A stretch of 64,000 bases of DNA from Macrostomum lignano (Eukaryota). The notes below the pieces were generated by a model. That model was not told the DNA's origin, made no database searches, and was given only the letters and a program-made list of their open reading frames with translations. Every line of letters starts with the position of its first letter. Within the stretch, counting starts at the first letter, position 1. The translations under genes and the position numbers were made by a program. The stretch is from NCBI GenBank assembly GCA_002269645.1, contig NIVC01001253.1:248001-312000 (forward strand), in the 5' to 3' direction. Shown piece by piece: positions 25,070-40,054 of this stretch.

Positions 25070-25650
25070 TATTCTGTTCTATTCTGTTCTATTCTGTTCT
25101 ATTCTGTTCTATTCTATTCTATTCTATTCTATTCTGTTCTATTCTGTTCTATTCTGTTCTATTCTATTCTATTCTATTCTGTTCTATTCTGTTCTATTCT
25201 GTTCTATTCTATTCTATTCTATTCTTTTCTATTTCATTGTATTCTATTCTATTCTACTCTATTCTATTCTATTCTGTTCTATTTTATTTCATTCTATTCT
25301 ATTCTGTTGTATTTTGTTCTATTCTATTCCATTCTATTCTGTTCTGTTCTATTCTATTATATTCTATTCTATTCTATTCTGTTCTATTCTACTCTATTCT
25401 ATTCTATTCTGTTCTATTTTATTTCATTCTATTCTATTCTGTTGTATTTTGTTCTATTCTATTCCATTCTATTCTGTTCTGTTCTATTCTATTATATTCT
25501 ATTCTATTCTGTTCTGTTCTATTCTGTTCTATTCTATTCTATTCTGTTCTATTCTATTTCATTCTATTCTATTCTGTTGTATTTTGTTCTATTCTATTCT
25601 ATTCTATTCTATTCTATTCTATTCTATTCTATTCTATTCTATGCTATGCT
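25070..25650. repeat. (TTCTA)n microsatellite
   Basis: Direct reading. Confidence 0.95.
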
Positions 25651-26081
25651 ATTCCGCATTTCCCACCCTACCAAAGTGACTAATCCTACAGTATTAGTCA
25701 CAAAACACACCAAAGTCCCTTAATTACAATTCACACGGGGGCCACCACCACCACGAAGAAGACAGGCAGGCAGGCAGTCAGTTGTCAATCAAAATCACCC
25801 TTATCTTAGTTGATGCAGCCTCTGACACACGCAGATAGAAAAAAACTCTGTTTGTTTTATACAAGTTGTTCTAAACAGACAGTTGGACAGACAGAAAGAG
25901 TTCCAGTTGCCATACTGTTATCAGTTGGCGTTAGAACTTGCTAATCTACCACTTAGCGCTACGCGACGATTCTATCTTTTGTGTAGCCCTTATAATTTGT
26001 TGATCAAGAATATTGGAATTCCGATGCAGATGCAGGCAAGACAAATCGCGGCTTCTCTTGTGTGTTATCAATATCCAGATC

Positions 26082-26084
<3 letters not shown>

Positions 26085-26176
<92 letters not shown>
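26085..26176. repeat. (GA)n microsatellite
   Basis: Direct reading; a similar tract lies at 38222-38308. Confidence 0.97.
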
Positions 26177-26178
<2 letters not shown>

Positions 26179-26239
26179 AGTGAAACGGGCATAGGCCAAT
26201 ATCAGTCATGCTTGTGGTTTGTGAATCACGCCATTATCT

Positions 26240-26735
26240 CTCCTACTATCCTGGTCACTCTTCTACTATCTTTGTCACTCGCCTACTATCCTGGTCACTC
26301 TCCTTACTATCCTGGTCACTCTCCTTACTATCCTGGTCACTCTCCTTACTATTCTGGTCACTCTTCTACTATCCTGGTCACTCGCCTACTATCCTGGTCA
26401 CTCTCCTTACTATCCTGGTCACTCTCCTTACTATCCTGGTCACTCTCCTTACTATTCTGGTCACTCTCCTTACTATCCTGGTCACTCTCCTTACTATTCT
26501 GGTCACTCTTCTACTATCCTGGTCACTCGCCTACTATCCTGGTCACTCTCCTACTATCCTGGTCACTCTCCTACAGTCCTGGTCACTCTCCTACTATCCT
26601 GGTCACTCTCCTACAGCCCTGGTCACTCTCCTACTATCCTGGTCACTCTCCTACTATCCTGGTCACTCTCCTACTATCCTGGTCACTCTCCTACTATCCT
26701 GGTCACTCTCCTTACTATCCTGGTCACTCTTCTAT
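26240..26735. repeat. Minisatellite, 20-21 bp CTACTATCCTGGTCACTCTC
   Basis: Tandem copies. Confidence 0.94.
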
Positions 26736-27064
26736 CCTTGCACAGGGACAATATCTGTATTCCTACTACATCGATCTGTTGAATTGTATCCAAGGCGTTG
26801 CGGTGGGCTGATCCAACTTAACTTTCAAGCCTACTACAGAACTGACACGAGAATCGAATATCTTTTTTAAGTTGAAGCAAGTTCTGCAACTTGAAAAAGG
26901 GAATCCTGGGTTAGAGGGTTGACGTTAACGAGTGCTGGGTCGATATGGCCAGGTCAAGTATCTGTCTCGGGTCTGACTGCACTTCACCTGGCATGGAAAG
27001 GCTAAAAAAGTGACTATTTAACCGAAGCCTCGGCTCTGTATAGTATACAGTGTGCTGGCATTGT

Positions 27065-27625
27065 GGAGTGACACAATGAGAATGGAAGTGATACAATGAG
27101 AATGGGAGTGACACAATGAGAATGGGAGTGATACAATGAGAATATAAGAGTGACACAATGAGAATATAAAAGTGACAATATGAATTAGAGTGACACAACG
27201 AGAATGAAAGTGACACAATGAGAATGATAGTAATACAATGAGAATGAGAGTGACACAATGAGAGTGAGAGTGACACGATGAGAATGAGAGTGACACAATG
27301 AGAGTAAGAGTGACACAATGAGAATATAAGAGTAAATTAATGAGAATGAGAGTGACTCAATGAGAATGCGAGTGACACAATGAGAATGCGAGTGACACAA
27401 TGAGAATGCGAGTGACACAATGAGAATGCGAGTGACACAATGAGAATGCAAGTGACACAATGAGAATGCGAGTGACACAATGAGAATGCGAGTGACACAA
27501 TGAGAATGCGAGTGACACAATGAGAATGAGAGTGACACAATGAGAAAATAAGAGTGAAACAATGAGAATATAAGAGTAACTCAATGAGAATGAGAGTGAC
27601 ACAATGAGAATGAGAGTGACAAGAT
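27065..27625. repeat. Minisatellite, 18 bp GAGTGACACAATGAGAAT
   Basis: Tandem copies ending ~60 nt from the donor at 27689. Confidence 0.93.
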
Positions 27626-27689
27626 GGAAGCAGTGAGAACAGGACTGAGTGACAAGTGAAACAAAGCAATTAAAACCCTTCATTCTCAC

Positions 27690-27961
27690 CTGCACAGACG
27701 ACTAACGCCACGAGAAGCAGAGCCACCAAGGACACGAGCAGGCCAAAGCAGACTAGTCTTCTTTTCCCAGCGAGAGCAGATCCACTGTCCAGTTTTCCAC
27801 TTCTGTGCAGACCGCCGCCTCTGCCGCCGTCTCCTCTCTGCACCGGGTGCTGCGGGTCGCCCAGCTGGTCTGAGCAAAGTGGCTTGCACGAATTGTCTAT
27901 GGTCGAACCCGATCCATTAGGCATGTACTGGCCTGGCGGAGTGGTCTGAGGCGCCACCGTT
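27690..27961 (-). CDS. TENM: Teneurin transmembrane exon (type II anchor)
   Basis: GKRR followed by hydrophobic LVCFGLLVSLVALLLVALVVCA. Phase-1 donor G|GTGAG joins exon 22000-22301. Acceptor position uncertain: 27961 gives phase 2. Confidence 0.8.
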
Positions 27962-28069
27962 CTGCGCGGAAGGTGGGTTTGGGATCGTTGTGTACTTAGT
28001 AAGGATGCTACTTTAAAAGTACATTTGCTGCTTCAAAGAGTGACGCAACATTTAAATGGCCGCCATTTC

Positions 28070-28670
28070 CACCTACGGAACCCATTTTCCATTACAGAAC
28101 CGCCATTTTCCATTACGAAACCGCCATTTTCCAATACAGAACCGCCATTTTCCAATACAGAACCGCCATTTTCCATTACAGAACCGCCATTTTCCATTAC
28201 AGAACCGCCATTTTCCATTACAGAACCGCCATTTTCCAATACAGAACCGCCATTTTCCATTACAGAACCGCCATTTTCCAATACAGAACCGCCATTTTCC
28301 AATACAGAACCGCCATTTTCCAATACAGAACCGCCATTTTCCAATACAGAACCGCCATTTTCCAATACAGAACCGCCATTTTCCAATACAGAACCGCCAT
28401 TTTCCAATACAGAACCGCCATTTTCCATTACAGAACCGCCATTTTCCATTACAGAACCGCCATTTTCCATTACAGAACCGCCATTTTCCAATACAGAACC
28501 GCCATTTTCCAATACAGAACCGCCATTTTCCAATACAGAACCGCCATTTTCCAATAGAGAACCGCCATTTTCCAATAGAGAACTGCCATTTTCCATACAG
28601 AACCGCCATTTTCCAATACAGAACCGCCATTTTCCATTACAGAACCGCCATTTTCCATTACGAAACCGTG
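28070..28670. repeat. Minisatellite, 21 bp TTCCAATACAGAACCGCCATT
   Basis: Highly homogeneous tandem copies. Confidence 0.96.
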
Positions 28671-29114
28671 ACTGGGTTCAAATCTTTATTCCACACACGC
28701 CCATAAAACAGCTGCTTACACTGCAGAGCCGTGACTTTCTCGTATAGTAATGAGATTTTATTCAAAATTTATCGCAATTTTATAATCCCTCCCAACCTTT
28801 CAAGCGCTCTCTTTCTCTTTCTCCGCTAGCTGCAGTCCAGGGCACTTCACTGTTTGACAGCAGAATGCGACCCTCAACGCGCGTAGCTTAGCAGGGCGTG
28901 GCTTGAGCCTAGCGACTCAAATACTTCAATTCACCCACGCTTTAATCCTCTAGTAAGGGCTGAGGGCGGATCGATGCCTTTATGGTGCTTAAGATATTTC
29001 AGTCTGCACATCCGGACTCAAAATACTCGTAAGGCAACGCTTAATAGTTGTCTGACTGAACCTACTGCGGAAATGGCAAAATATGAGTTTCATAGCCTAT
29101 GTGTCTTGGCAATA

Positions 29115-30215
<1,101 letters not shown>

Positions 30216-30699
30216 TTCAGCCTCCCTCGCCGTCGAACTCCCTCCGCATTACAATTCTCACCTCAATAATCAAGATTTATGACTAGCAAAGCCACAGTCA
30301 GCAGCCGCCAGCCCTCAGCGGGGGTGGGTGTGGGGTCGCAGGCATCGCAGTCTTAAACAAGAACTGCCAGTTCATAAACAATGTTGCAAAACGGTAATTA
30401 AGCTTCATTCTAGGAGGCGGACTGACTTCAAATGCGGTTGATATGAAAGTTTGATGAAATTTACTGAACAGCCCCAAATTTAAGAGAGGCAATTCAAGAT
30501 TATAAATTTGCTGCCGAGTGTGCAGCACTTCACACCCCGTGCAGTGCTGGGTGCTCGGAAGGATTAATAGACGCAATAGTGATAAAGTTAAAGTCAGGAC
30601 TGGCCATAATGATGCAGGCAGTTTTACCTGCAATTTTATCACAGACTAACAGACATCACCTCGCTTTTGTACCTTCTTTGCTCTCTACTCCTACAAATC

Positions 30700-31570
30700 T
30701 CCACCTCTCTCACCTCTGTCCAACTCTCTCCACATCTCTTCACATCTCTCCACCTCTCTAAATTCAGTTTTTCACATCTCTCTACATCTCTCTACATCTC
30801 TCTACATCTCTTCACATCTCTCTACATCTCTCTACATCTCTCTACATCTCTCTACATCTCTCTACATCTCTCTACATCTCTCTACATCTCTCTACATCTC
30901 TCTACATCTCTTCACATCTCTCTACATCTCTCTACATCTCTCTACATCTCTCTACATCTCTATACGTCTCTTTACATCTCTCTACATCTCTCTACATCTC
31001 TCTACATCTCTCTACATCTCTATACATCTCTCTACATCTCTCTACATCTCTCTACATCTCTCTACATCTCTTCACATCTCTCTACATCTCTCTACATCTC
31101 TCTACATCTCTATACGTCTCTTTACATCTCTCTACATCTCTCTACATCTCTATACATCTCTCTACATCTCTATACATCTCTCTACATCTCTTCACATCTC
31201 TCTACATCTCTTCACATCTCTCTACATTTCTCTACATCTCTATACATCTCTCTACTTCTCTCTACATCTCTCTACATCTCTATACATCTCTCTACATCTC
31301 TCTACATCTCTCTACATCTCTATACATCTCTATACATCTCTCTACATCTTTCTACGTCTCTCTACATCTATCCACATTTCTCCAGATCTATCTACATCTC
31401 TCTACATCTCCACATTTCTCCAGATCTCTCTACATCTCTATACATCTCTCTACATCTCTATACATCTCTCTACATCTCTTTACATCTCTCTACATCCACA
31501 TCTCTCCACATCTCTCTACATCTCTCCACATCTCTCCACATCTCTCCACATCTCTCCACATCTCTCTATA
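30700..31570. repeat. 10 bp TCTCTACATC array
   Basis: Direct reading. Confidence 0.95.
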
Positions 31571-32159
31571 GCTAAAAGAGTTCACATCATCAGTGTTATA
31601 ATAGTTTCCTCCATATATGATTTCACATCTTTCAGTCAAATTTAAAGGCCAAAAACCACAGCTTTTTTCCGGGAAACAGGGAACCAAATCCTTACAGAAG
31701 AAAGTGAGAGAAAAAATAGCAAGTGAAAGAAACATACGCTCGTATCGCTTGCAGAAGAGAAACTGCAGCTGATTTTCTGTGCACTGCCAAAAAATACTTG
31801 AAGATCTGCCGCCAGAGCGAAATTGATTGATTTATTGGTCAGCTGGGAGCCGTCTTGAACTAATCTACAAATATCCCCATTCAGCCTCCTTTCCTCATCC
31901 CTAGGGCACCCCACGGAGAGAGTGTGGGAACTTTGCTGTCCAGGAAATTAGCTTTAAAAATAACTGCTGACAACCAGGCACTGCCGACTGGATGCCAAGG
32001 GTCACCCTCTGGTATTCTGCTTCATCAGCTGCGAAGACTGGGAGAGAAAAACCTGTTGAACAATTTCTGAACTTGGAAAAGTGCTCTCTGGTAGTCTTTT
32101 AGGGTCAAGGTGAGACTTATAGGGTGGCTTTGCCTCTCCTCATTGTGGCTCGTGTGAGC

Positions 32160-35100
32160 TCTGTGTCTCATCTCTCATCTCTGAGTCTCACCTCTCATCT
32201 CTGAGTCTCATCTCTCATCTCTGCGTTCCATCTCTGTGTCTCATCTCTCATCTCTGAGTCTCATCTCTCATCTCTGGGCCTCATCTCTCTCTCTGTGCTT
32301 CATCTCTGTGTCTCATCTCTTATCTCTGCGTCTAATCTCTTATCTCTGTGTCTCATCTCTCATCTCTGAGTCTCATCTCTCATCTCTGCGTTCCATCTCT
32401 GAGTCTCATCTCTCATCTCTGCGTTCCATCTCTGTGTCTCATCTCTCATCTCTGAGTCTCATCTCTCATCTCTGTGTCTCATATCTTATCTCTGTGTCTC
32501 CTCTCTGATTTTTGTGTCTCATCTCTTATCTATGTGTCTAATATCTTATCTCTGTGTTTCATCTCTCGTCTCTGTGTCTCATATCTTATCTCTGTGTCTC
32601 ATCTCTTATTTTTGTGTATCATCTCTTATCTATGTGTCTAATATCTTATCTCTGTGTTTCATCTCTCATCTCGGTGTCTCATCTCATATCTCTGTGTCTC
32701 ATCTCTTATTTCTATGTCTCTCTCATCTCTGTGTCTCATCTTTTATTTCTGTGTCTCATCTTTTATCTCTGTGTCTCATCTCTTATCTCTGTGTCTCATC
32801 TCTCATCTCGGTGTCTCATCTCATATCTCTGTGTCTCATCTCTCAGCTCCGTGTCCCATTTGTGTCACTTCTCTAATCTAAGCTCATCTCTCCAGCATCT
32901 CCAGTCCAGGCAATTCCAATCATTGGCAGAGTACCAACTCATAACAACCCACTGCCCAATGCACTGTAGCCGTCCCGCCGCAAAAACCAAATGCAATAAA
33001 TTAAAAAGCCACACAGAAAATTGCCCAGCAATTCGCATAAATACTTGGCTTCAGACACTAAAAATTCCAAAGACTCGGTCTGAAACGGGGTTACGCAATC
33101 GGCTACCAAGTGTGCGCAGCCTTCAGCCTCGATTCCCAACGGTTTTGCCGGCTGGGGGATAATGGGATAAACAGGGCATTTCCTGCTTTCCTGTTCTTCC
33201 CTAATCCTCTCTGCCTCACTTTTGATTTCTAATCTTTATTCCACCCGTTCACTTGTTTTCTCATCGACAGTGTGTTTCCCTCGTGTCTAAATCTCTCTTC
33301 TCACAATCTCATCTCACTCTCTCATCTCAAACTCTAATCTCACAATCTTGTCCCACACTCTGATCTCACAATCTCATCTCCAACTTTCATCTCCCAGTCT
33401 CATCTCCAACTCTCCTCTCAAACACTTATCTTACAATCTTGTCTCACAATCTCATCTCATACTCTTATCTCACACTCTAATCTCACCCTCTTATATCATA
33501 CTCTCATCTCACACTCTCATCTCATACTCTAATCTCACAATCTCATCCCACACTCTAATCTCACACTCTAATCTCACCCTCTAATATATCATACTCTTCT
33601 CTCGCACTCTAATCTCACACTCTCATCTCACAATCTCATTCCGCAAACTCATCCCATACTCTAATCTCAAACCCTAATCTCACAATCTTATTTCACCATC
33701 TCATCTCACACTCTCATCTCCAACTCTCTTCTCCCACTCTAATCTCAAAATCTAATCTCACACTCATATGCAAGTGGAAAAAAACAGACACACACAAACC
33801 TCAAGCCTTGCGTATGAAACTGCCATTTTAACGCCCCCTCCATAGTGATTGATGCCAGCGTGTGCTCAGACCTGCCCCCAGCCCCTCCCCAATTCCCGCA
33901 GTGTGTCAGTGCGTTCAAGCATAACTGCGGGAACGGCAAGTGTGGCCTCATTATAATTAATTATTAATTAGGTCCGCCCAGGTGGCGCAGGTGGGATCTC
34001 CCTATTAGATTCAGTGCTCAGTTGGGGGAAGGAAAACTGATGTAGCTGATGGGCTAAACTTGAGACTCAAGCTCAATCTAGTTTAGAGCATTTTTGTATC
34101 CATTGTGCAACACACATAAAAATGTGGTGGGTGCTACTGACCAGGGGATCCCTCTTGCTATTGTATAAAGCTTTGCTGAATATATTTTATGGTATCATGG
34201 CAATACCAGCAGATTAACATCTCATCTCATCTCATTCTTTTATCATCTCATCTCTTCTCATCTCATCTCATCTCATCCTTCACTCTCATCTCATCCAATT
34301 CTCATCTTATCTAATCTCCTCCATCTCATCTCTTCTCTTTCCCATCTCATTTATTCTCTCTTCCACAATATCTCTTCCCTCTCCAATATCATCTCACCAC
34401 TCTCTCCTATCTCATATCTATCTTATCATCTCTTCCCGCTCTCATCTCCTGTCTTCCCTTCCCATCTCAAATCTTAGTTCTCACATCTCACCTCCTCTCT
34501 CTTATCTCATCTTTTCCTTCTCCTATTTCTTCTCTGTCTCCCATCTTGTCTCTACTCTCCTCTCCCTATCCCACCTCGCTTTACATCTCATCTGCCCACT
34601 CACAGACCCAGTCAAATAATCTAGGAAATTCATACCCCTCAGACTTACCCAATCTGGTGTCTCAGCAGCGAATTCTGAGCACCGTACTCAACCATTCCAG
34701 CATTGTTTCCTGACATCAGGTAGAGTTGCTGCGGCTGCTGTTGCTGCCTTCTGCTTCCATACAAAAGCATCGAATCTGCAATGGGATTATGCAGGAGACC
34801 GGCTCAGAATTCTAAGATCTCGCCCGCATCGCCAGAAAATCGGCAAAAAAGCACCAGAAAAGTAGAAGAAAGTCGAAAGCTAGGATATGGGAGCAAAGCA
34901 GAGAAAAAGCCAATTTCCTGAGTGCCGAGGAAGAAGCGAAAGCAAAAATGAAGCTGGGGGGTGGGGAAAAGCTGACGGAAATTTGATCCCATGTGATCGC
35001 TCCGCCCCGGACCCCCATCGGATTCTGCAAGACTATTGAAGAAGCCCCGTCAATACCTCCTGATCTGTCTGAGAAATAGACTGGCTGAGACCCACGCCAA

Positions 35101-35960
35101 TCAGGATAATTAACGTGGCAGAGCTGCTAAAAGATTCCAGAAGAGAAAAAGTATTGCGAGAATTCCACAGTGAATTGCAGTTAACAAAAACATGACAGGT
35201 GAGAGAGTGGAGACAGGGGTACTAGGCAAAAGTGCCAACTCAGACTTAGAGTGCTCTTAGGACTCATTAAAATCTTCAACTTGAGTGAGTAGGCTTGTTT
35301 TTTCTAAAGTAAACTTTTGTACTTTTGTGTATCTACATGTAATCTCTACACTGCGGTTGTTTCTAAGAAAATGCATACTCTAGTAATGAGAAATTAGGGA
35401 TGCTGGGGTGTCGATACCGAGATGTGAGGGATGAGAGGCGATAGGAGGAGATGAGATGAGATTAGATGAGATGATTTGGTGTACTGGGATGAGATGAGTT
35501 GCAATAAGATGAGATGAGACATGATGAGAGGAGACAAAATGAAATGAGACAAGATTAGATGAGAAAAAATTAGACGAGACAAGATTAGACGAGACGAGAT
35601 GAGATAAAACAAGACAAAGGTGAGGTGAGACAAGATTTAATGAGACAGGATGAGATGAGATTTTATGAGACTAGATGAGATGAGACAAGATGAGATGAGA
35701 TGCTATGAGATGAGATGAGACAATATGAGATGAGACAATATGAGATGAGACAATATGAGATGAGATGTTATGAGATATTATGAGACAAAAGATGAGATGA
35801 AATGCTATTAATATGAGATGAGATGCTATTAATATGAGATGAGATGCTATGAGATGAGGTGAGACAAGATGAGGTGAGACAAGATGAGGTGAGACAAGAT
35901 GAGGTGAGACAAGATGAGGCGAGACAAGATGAGGTGAGACAAGATGAGGTGAGACGAGAG
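32160..35960. repeat. Several TCTCA/GATGA-based low-complexity tracts (32160-32850, 33290-33760, 34220-34600, 35400-35960) separated by unique DNA
   Basis: Direct reading; degenerate 5-16 bp units. Confidence 0.85.
34692..34775 (-). CDS. Candidate small teneurin ICD exon (SMLLYGSRRQQQQPQQLYLMSGNNAGI)
   Basis: TTGCAG| acceptor, GTGAGT-type donor, 84 nt, open in phase 1-1, Q-rich like neighbouring ICD exons. No homology support. Confidence 0.4.
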
Positions 35961-36494
35961 CACTGAGGCATCAGCCGCACGCACGAACCAACCAAGCAAT
36001 TCCTGGACCATCCACCCCATCGTCGCCTTCTCCGCACCTCGCCTCTCGCCAAACAATCTATAATAAACGACCACCGCTGCATCTCCTTATCCCAACCCGC
36101 CCCCCCCCACAACACCCCTTCATCCCAAGCATCCCGATGCCCCCCCATCTCATGCTCCTGTCAAACTCACCGAACCGCAAAGCAAAACCCGAAGGCAAAC
36201 GCCCAGTAGAGAGAGAGGGAACTCTTGGCCCAAGACTTGGGGGACACAGCCCGATATGCTTTGGGAAACCCGAAGCAAAGGAAAAGACTTCGGCTCATTG
36301 AGCAGGCACGCACGAGATCCTTCTCGACATCTCTGCTCTCCCTGAATGTTAGGCAAGCTTGACACGGAAGCTATGAAAATTTGTGAACTCAAGTTACCTC
36401 TCTCTATGCATGCCTTCTTTTTTTCGATATTTTACTTGCATTGTGTAAGAAATAACTTTGCTACTTTGTAGGCTATATGGTTATCAGTGAACCC

Positions 36495-37080
36495 GGCTAT
36501 GGCTATGAACCTTGGTTGCTAGGGGATAGCACCTTGGTTGCTAGGGCATAATACATTGGTTGCTAGGGCATAGCACCTTGGTTGCTAAGGTATAATACTT
36601 TGGTTGCTAGGGTATAGCACTTTGGTTGCTAGGGCATAGCACCTGGGTTGCTAGGGAACAATACCCTGGTTGCTATTGTATGACCCCTTGCTTGCTAGGG
36701 CATAGCACCTTTGTTGATATGGTATGAAACCTTGGTTGCTAGGGCATAGCACCTTGGTTGCTAGGGTAATGCCGAATTCGTTGTTAGGGAATAACACATT
36801 CTAGCTGCTAGGCAATGGCACCTAGACTGCTAGGGAATAACACAAGTTGCTAGGGTATCAAACATTGGTTGCTAGGGAATGACACTTTAGTTGCCAAGGA
36901 ATAACACCTTGGTTGCTAAGGAATAACACCTTTGGTGGCTATGGCATGACACTTTGGTTGTTAGGATATGACACCTTGGTTGTTATGGTATGACACCTTG
37001 GTTGTTATGGTATGACACCTTGGTTGTTATGGTATGACACCTTGGTTGTTATGGTATGACACCTTGGTTACTAGGGTAAC
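36495..37080. repeat. Degenerate ~22 bp GTTGCTAGGGCATAGCACCTTG array
   Basis: Tandem copies. Confidence 0.88.
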
Positions 37081-38222
37081 CAAGGTAACCATTACCATAT
37101 CCCCCTCGACAGCCAGAGGTACGGCCTCCCATCTAGTCAATCCCAAGGCTAGTGCAATTTTCCAATTACCTAAACTTGAACGCTAATTAATTCCCCGTCA
37201 TTTCGCTGCTTCGATTCAACCTTTTCAAGCTCCTCGCTGACCTTACTAGAACTAATAAAACAGCGTTGCCGACATCCCTCCCGGGATTGCCGCAGAATGG
37301 CGAAATAAAGGCGAATCTGTCGCGACAGCAGGAAATTCTGCAGGAATTTTTCTATCGGCATTTTAATGCCAAAACAATTTTCTCTGTTAGATCTTTTTGG
37401 TTGTAAAATTTCTTTTTTTCATCAGTTTGCGGGAGAATGCAAGACACGGAGCCTCCTCTTGTTGCATCTCTGTCGAACAGAAATCTTTCATCTGTACTTT
37501 CAGTCCTGCACACGCAGCCACCTCTCTGCCCCACATCAGCAGCGATGGAGACATCTTTAGTTGCTTTTTTCTGCTTCCCGTTTTTCCCCCGCTTTCGGTC
37601 AGGAAATACGACGTATAAACACTGGCATTGTTTTGCCGGCGTACCCCTGGTCGACGCGCGGGATCTGCTTTTTTTTTAAAAAGGAAATACTGCAGAACGG
37701 AAGCCATGCGCGATTTTGATTCTGAAATATTTGTATGAATAAAAAAACTTTAATCTGGCTTAGAAAAACCTCACTGGATTGGTTGAAGCCGGCATCGACT
37801 GCAGATAAACAAAGAGAGAATTAAAGGTAGAATTGCAAGCTAGGAGACTCAAGTGCAGTTAAGGATTCACTTGAGCTGCATTTCGGGTTGCTATGCCAAG
37901 GATAAATGGAAGTTCTTTATATCTAAAAAATAAGACAATATTTCATTTTTTCAAGCTTTTGAAAATGGCAGATATTGAAAAAATCCATTTTAAAAATATA
38001 TTTTTGATTGTACCTACCGATATGTTGTGTAAATTACTTTCCCATGGACAGGAAATATGGTTCTAAGAAGTAATTTAGGTCGTTTTAGTTCGCTAAAAAG
38101 CGTTAAAAAATCGCTAAAATATCTCTTTTGACTTTCTAATCGTCAGGCCTTGGTGATTGGCCCCCCATGGCTGTTGCACTCACGGAAAATGCACTCCATT
38201 TTGGCATTCCCAAAGCATTAGC

Positions 38223-38309
<87 letters not shown>

Positions 38310-39169
38310 AGACCTATAGCTCGTAGTGGTCGATCTGAGCACACTCAATACTCTATACATAGATCCCATTGGCAGGCGGTCCAACCCCTTTGCCGGGGGT
38401 TTCCCAAAGTTAGTTTTACAGTTTGCAAAGGGTGTTAAGGCAGGGGAGGGAAGCCTGAAACCCTTGAATAATTACCCAAGTGGGACGCGGGGGGGGGGCT
38501 GGTATAGAAGCGGAGAGACAGGCAGACACACACAGAGAGACAGAAAAGACAAAAAAGTCAATGCATGACATTTGAGTTGGACTGCTCAGCATGGAGAGAG
38601 AGAGGGAAAGAGAGAGAGAGAGAGAGAGTATAGGAGAACCTGGACACACACCCTATACTCCAGTTAACTCAATTCTTTTCGGTCTATGCGCACACACCAC
38701 CACCACTAAAAAGACTTTATTGGCATTCGTTATCAGCTGCTCTTGTATGCATAACTGTTGCTGTTTAGCAGCCTCCATCATCTCTGCGCATGCAGTCTTA
38801 TCTCATCTCATTCCCAATCATCTAGACTCGCCTAGAGTCTGGGCAGGGCGAGCTCGTTCAAGCATGCAGAGTCGCCCCCCCCCCGTAGTGCCGAGTCAAT
38901 ATCATCACCATGCTCAAGTCTGAGACTTTACTCGTACGCATAGCTGAGTGCATAAACTGGTTTCATCCTAAAATTATTATCGACTGCTCTATTGTGGCAC
39001 CGAATTTATTAATTAATTAGAACCACGTGAGGGGGCCCCCGTTTTGAAGACTGCGGGTCAGTAGTTAGTGGCATCAGCGAATTGCTGACTGCTAAACAGT
39101 TTTTTCTCTTCTGGACTATGCTCTCTTCCTGACTAACTGCCTCTGCTCTGAGTCTATTCTCTTCTCTCT

Positions 39170-39379
39170 GCTCTCCCCCTCTTCTCTCCTCTCTCTCTCT
39201 ACCTCGCTTCTTTCCCCTCTCTCCTCTCACTCTCTTCTCTCCCTCTTTTCTCTCACTCTTATTCTCTCCCTCTTTGCTCTCACTCTCTCCTCTCTCTCTC
39301 TCTCTCTTCTCTCCATACTTGCTCTCACTCTCTTCTGTCCCTCTTTTCTCGCACTCTATTCTCTCCCTCTTTGCTCTCC

Positions 39380-39418
<39 letters not shown>

Positions 39419-39465
39419 CATATTTGCTCTCACTCTCTTCTCTCCCTCTTTTCTCTCACTCTCTC

Positions 39466-39506
<41 letters not shown>

Positions 39507-39620
39507 CATATTTGCTCTCACTCTCTTCTCTCCCTCTCTCCTCTCCCTCTCCTCTCTCCCTCTCTTTCTACCTCTCTCTACCTCTCTTCTCTACTTCTCT
39601 TCTCTCCCTCTATTCTCTAC
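39170..39620. repeat. CT-rich low-complexity tract
   Basis: Direct reading. Confidence 0.85.
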
Positions 39621-39742
39621 CATCCCTCAATATTTATCACCCCTCTCTATCTCCGCGAATACCTACTACCCAACAGTTTCTTGTTATTGTTTCTGTATTT
39701 TCCTTTTTCATTTCCATTCTCGTTTCAACAAAGAAGACTCAC

Positions 39743-40021
39743 TGGATGGGATCTGTTGATGCTGCTGCATGAGCTGCTGTTGCTGCTGCTCCGGTTCGAT
39801 GGAAGCCACCGAGTACGGGTTCTCACCACCCGCACTGCCAGCAGCGCTAGCAAAGGAGTCTCTGCAGGCGCCCAGGTCCGAAGGCGGCGGCGGCGGAGGG
39901 CCCAGAGGCGGCGGGGGTATTTGGAACTGCTGCCGGTCACTGCGAGGCATCGTGGATTGCAGCGGCTGGTTCTGGCTGTACAGCTGGCGCTGGTGACTTC
40001 GATAGGCCAGGTCTGCTGCCA
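39743..40021 (-). CDS. TENM: Teneurin intracellular-domain exon (polyproline, polyQ)
   Basis: CACAG| acceptor and |GTGAGT donor, 279 nt, phase 1-1. Encodes PPPPLGPPPPPP and ENPYSVASIEP; proline-rich stretches are typical of teneurin ICDs. Confidence 0.65.
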
Positions 40022-40054
40022 CTGTGTGCGGTGGAGTGGAGGTGTGATTAGAGT

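Noticed and set aside
33760-33930. Candidate teneurin exon to bridge the ICD phase gap
   Set aside because: Open only with a phase-0 start, incompatible with the upstream phase-1 donors, and its donor (GTTTGT) is weak.
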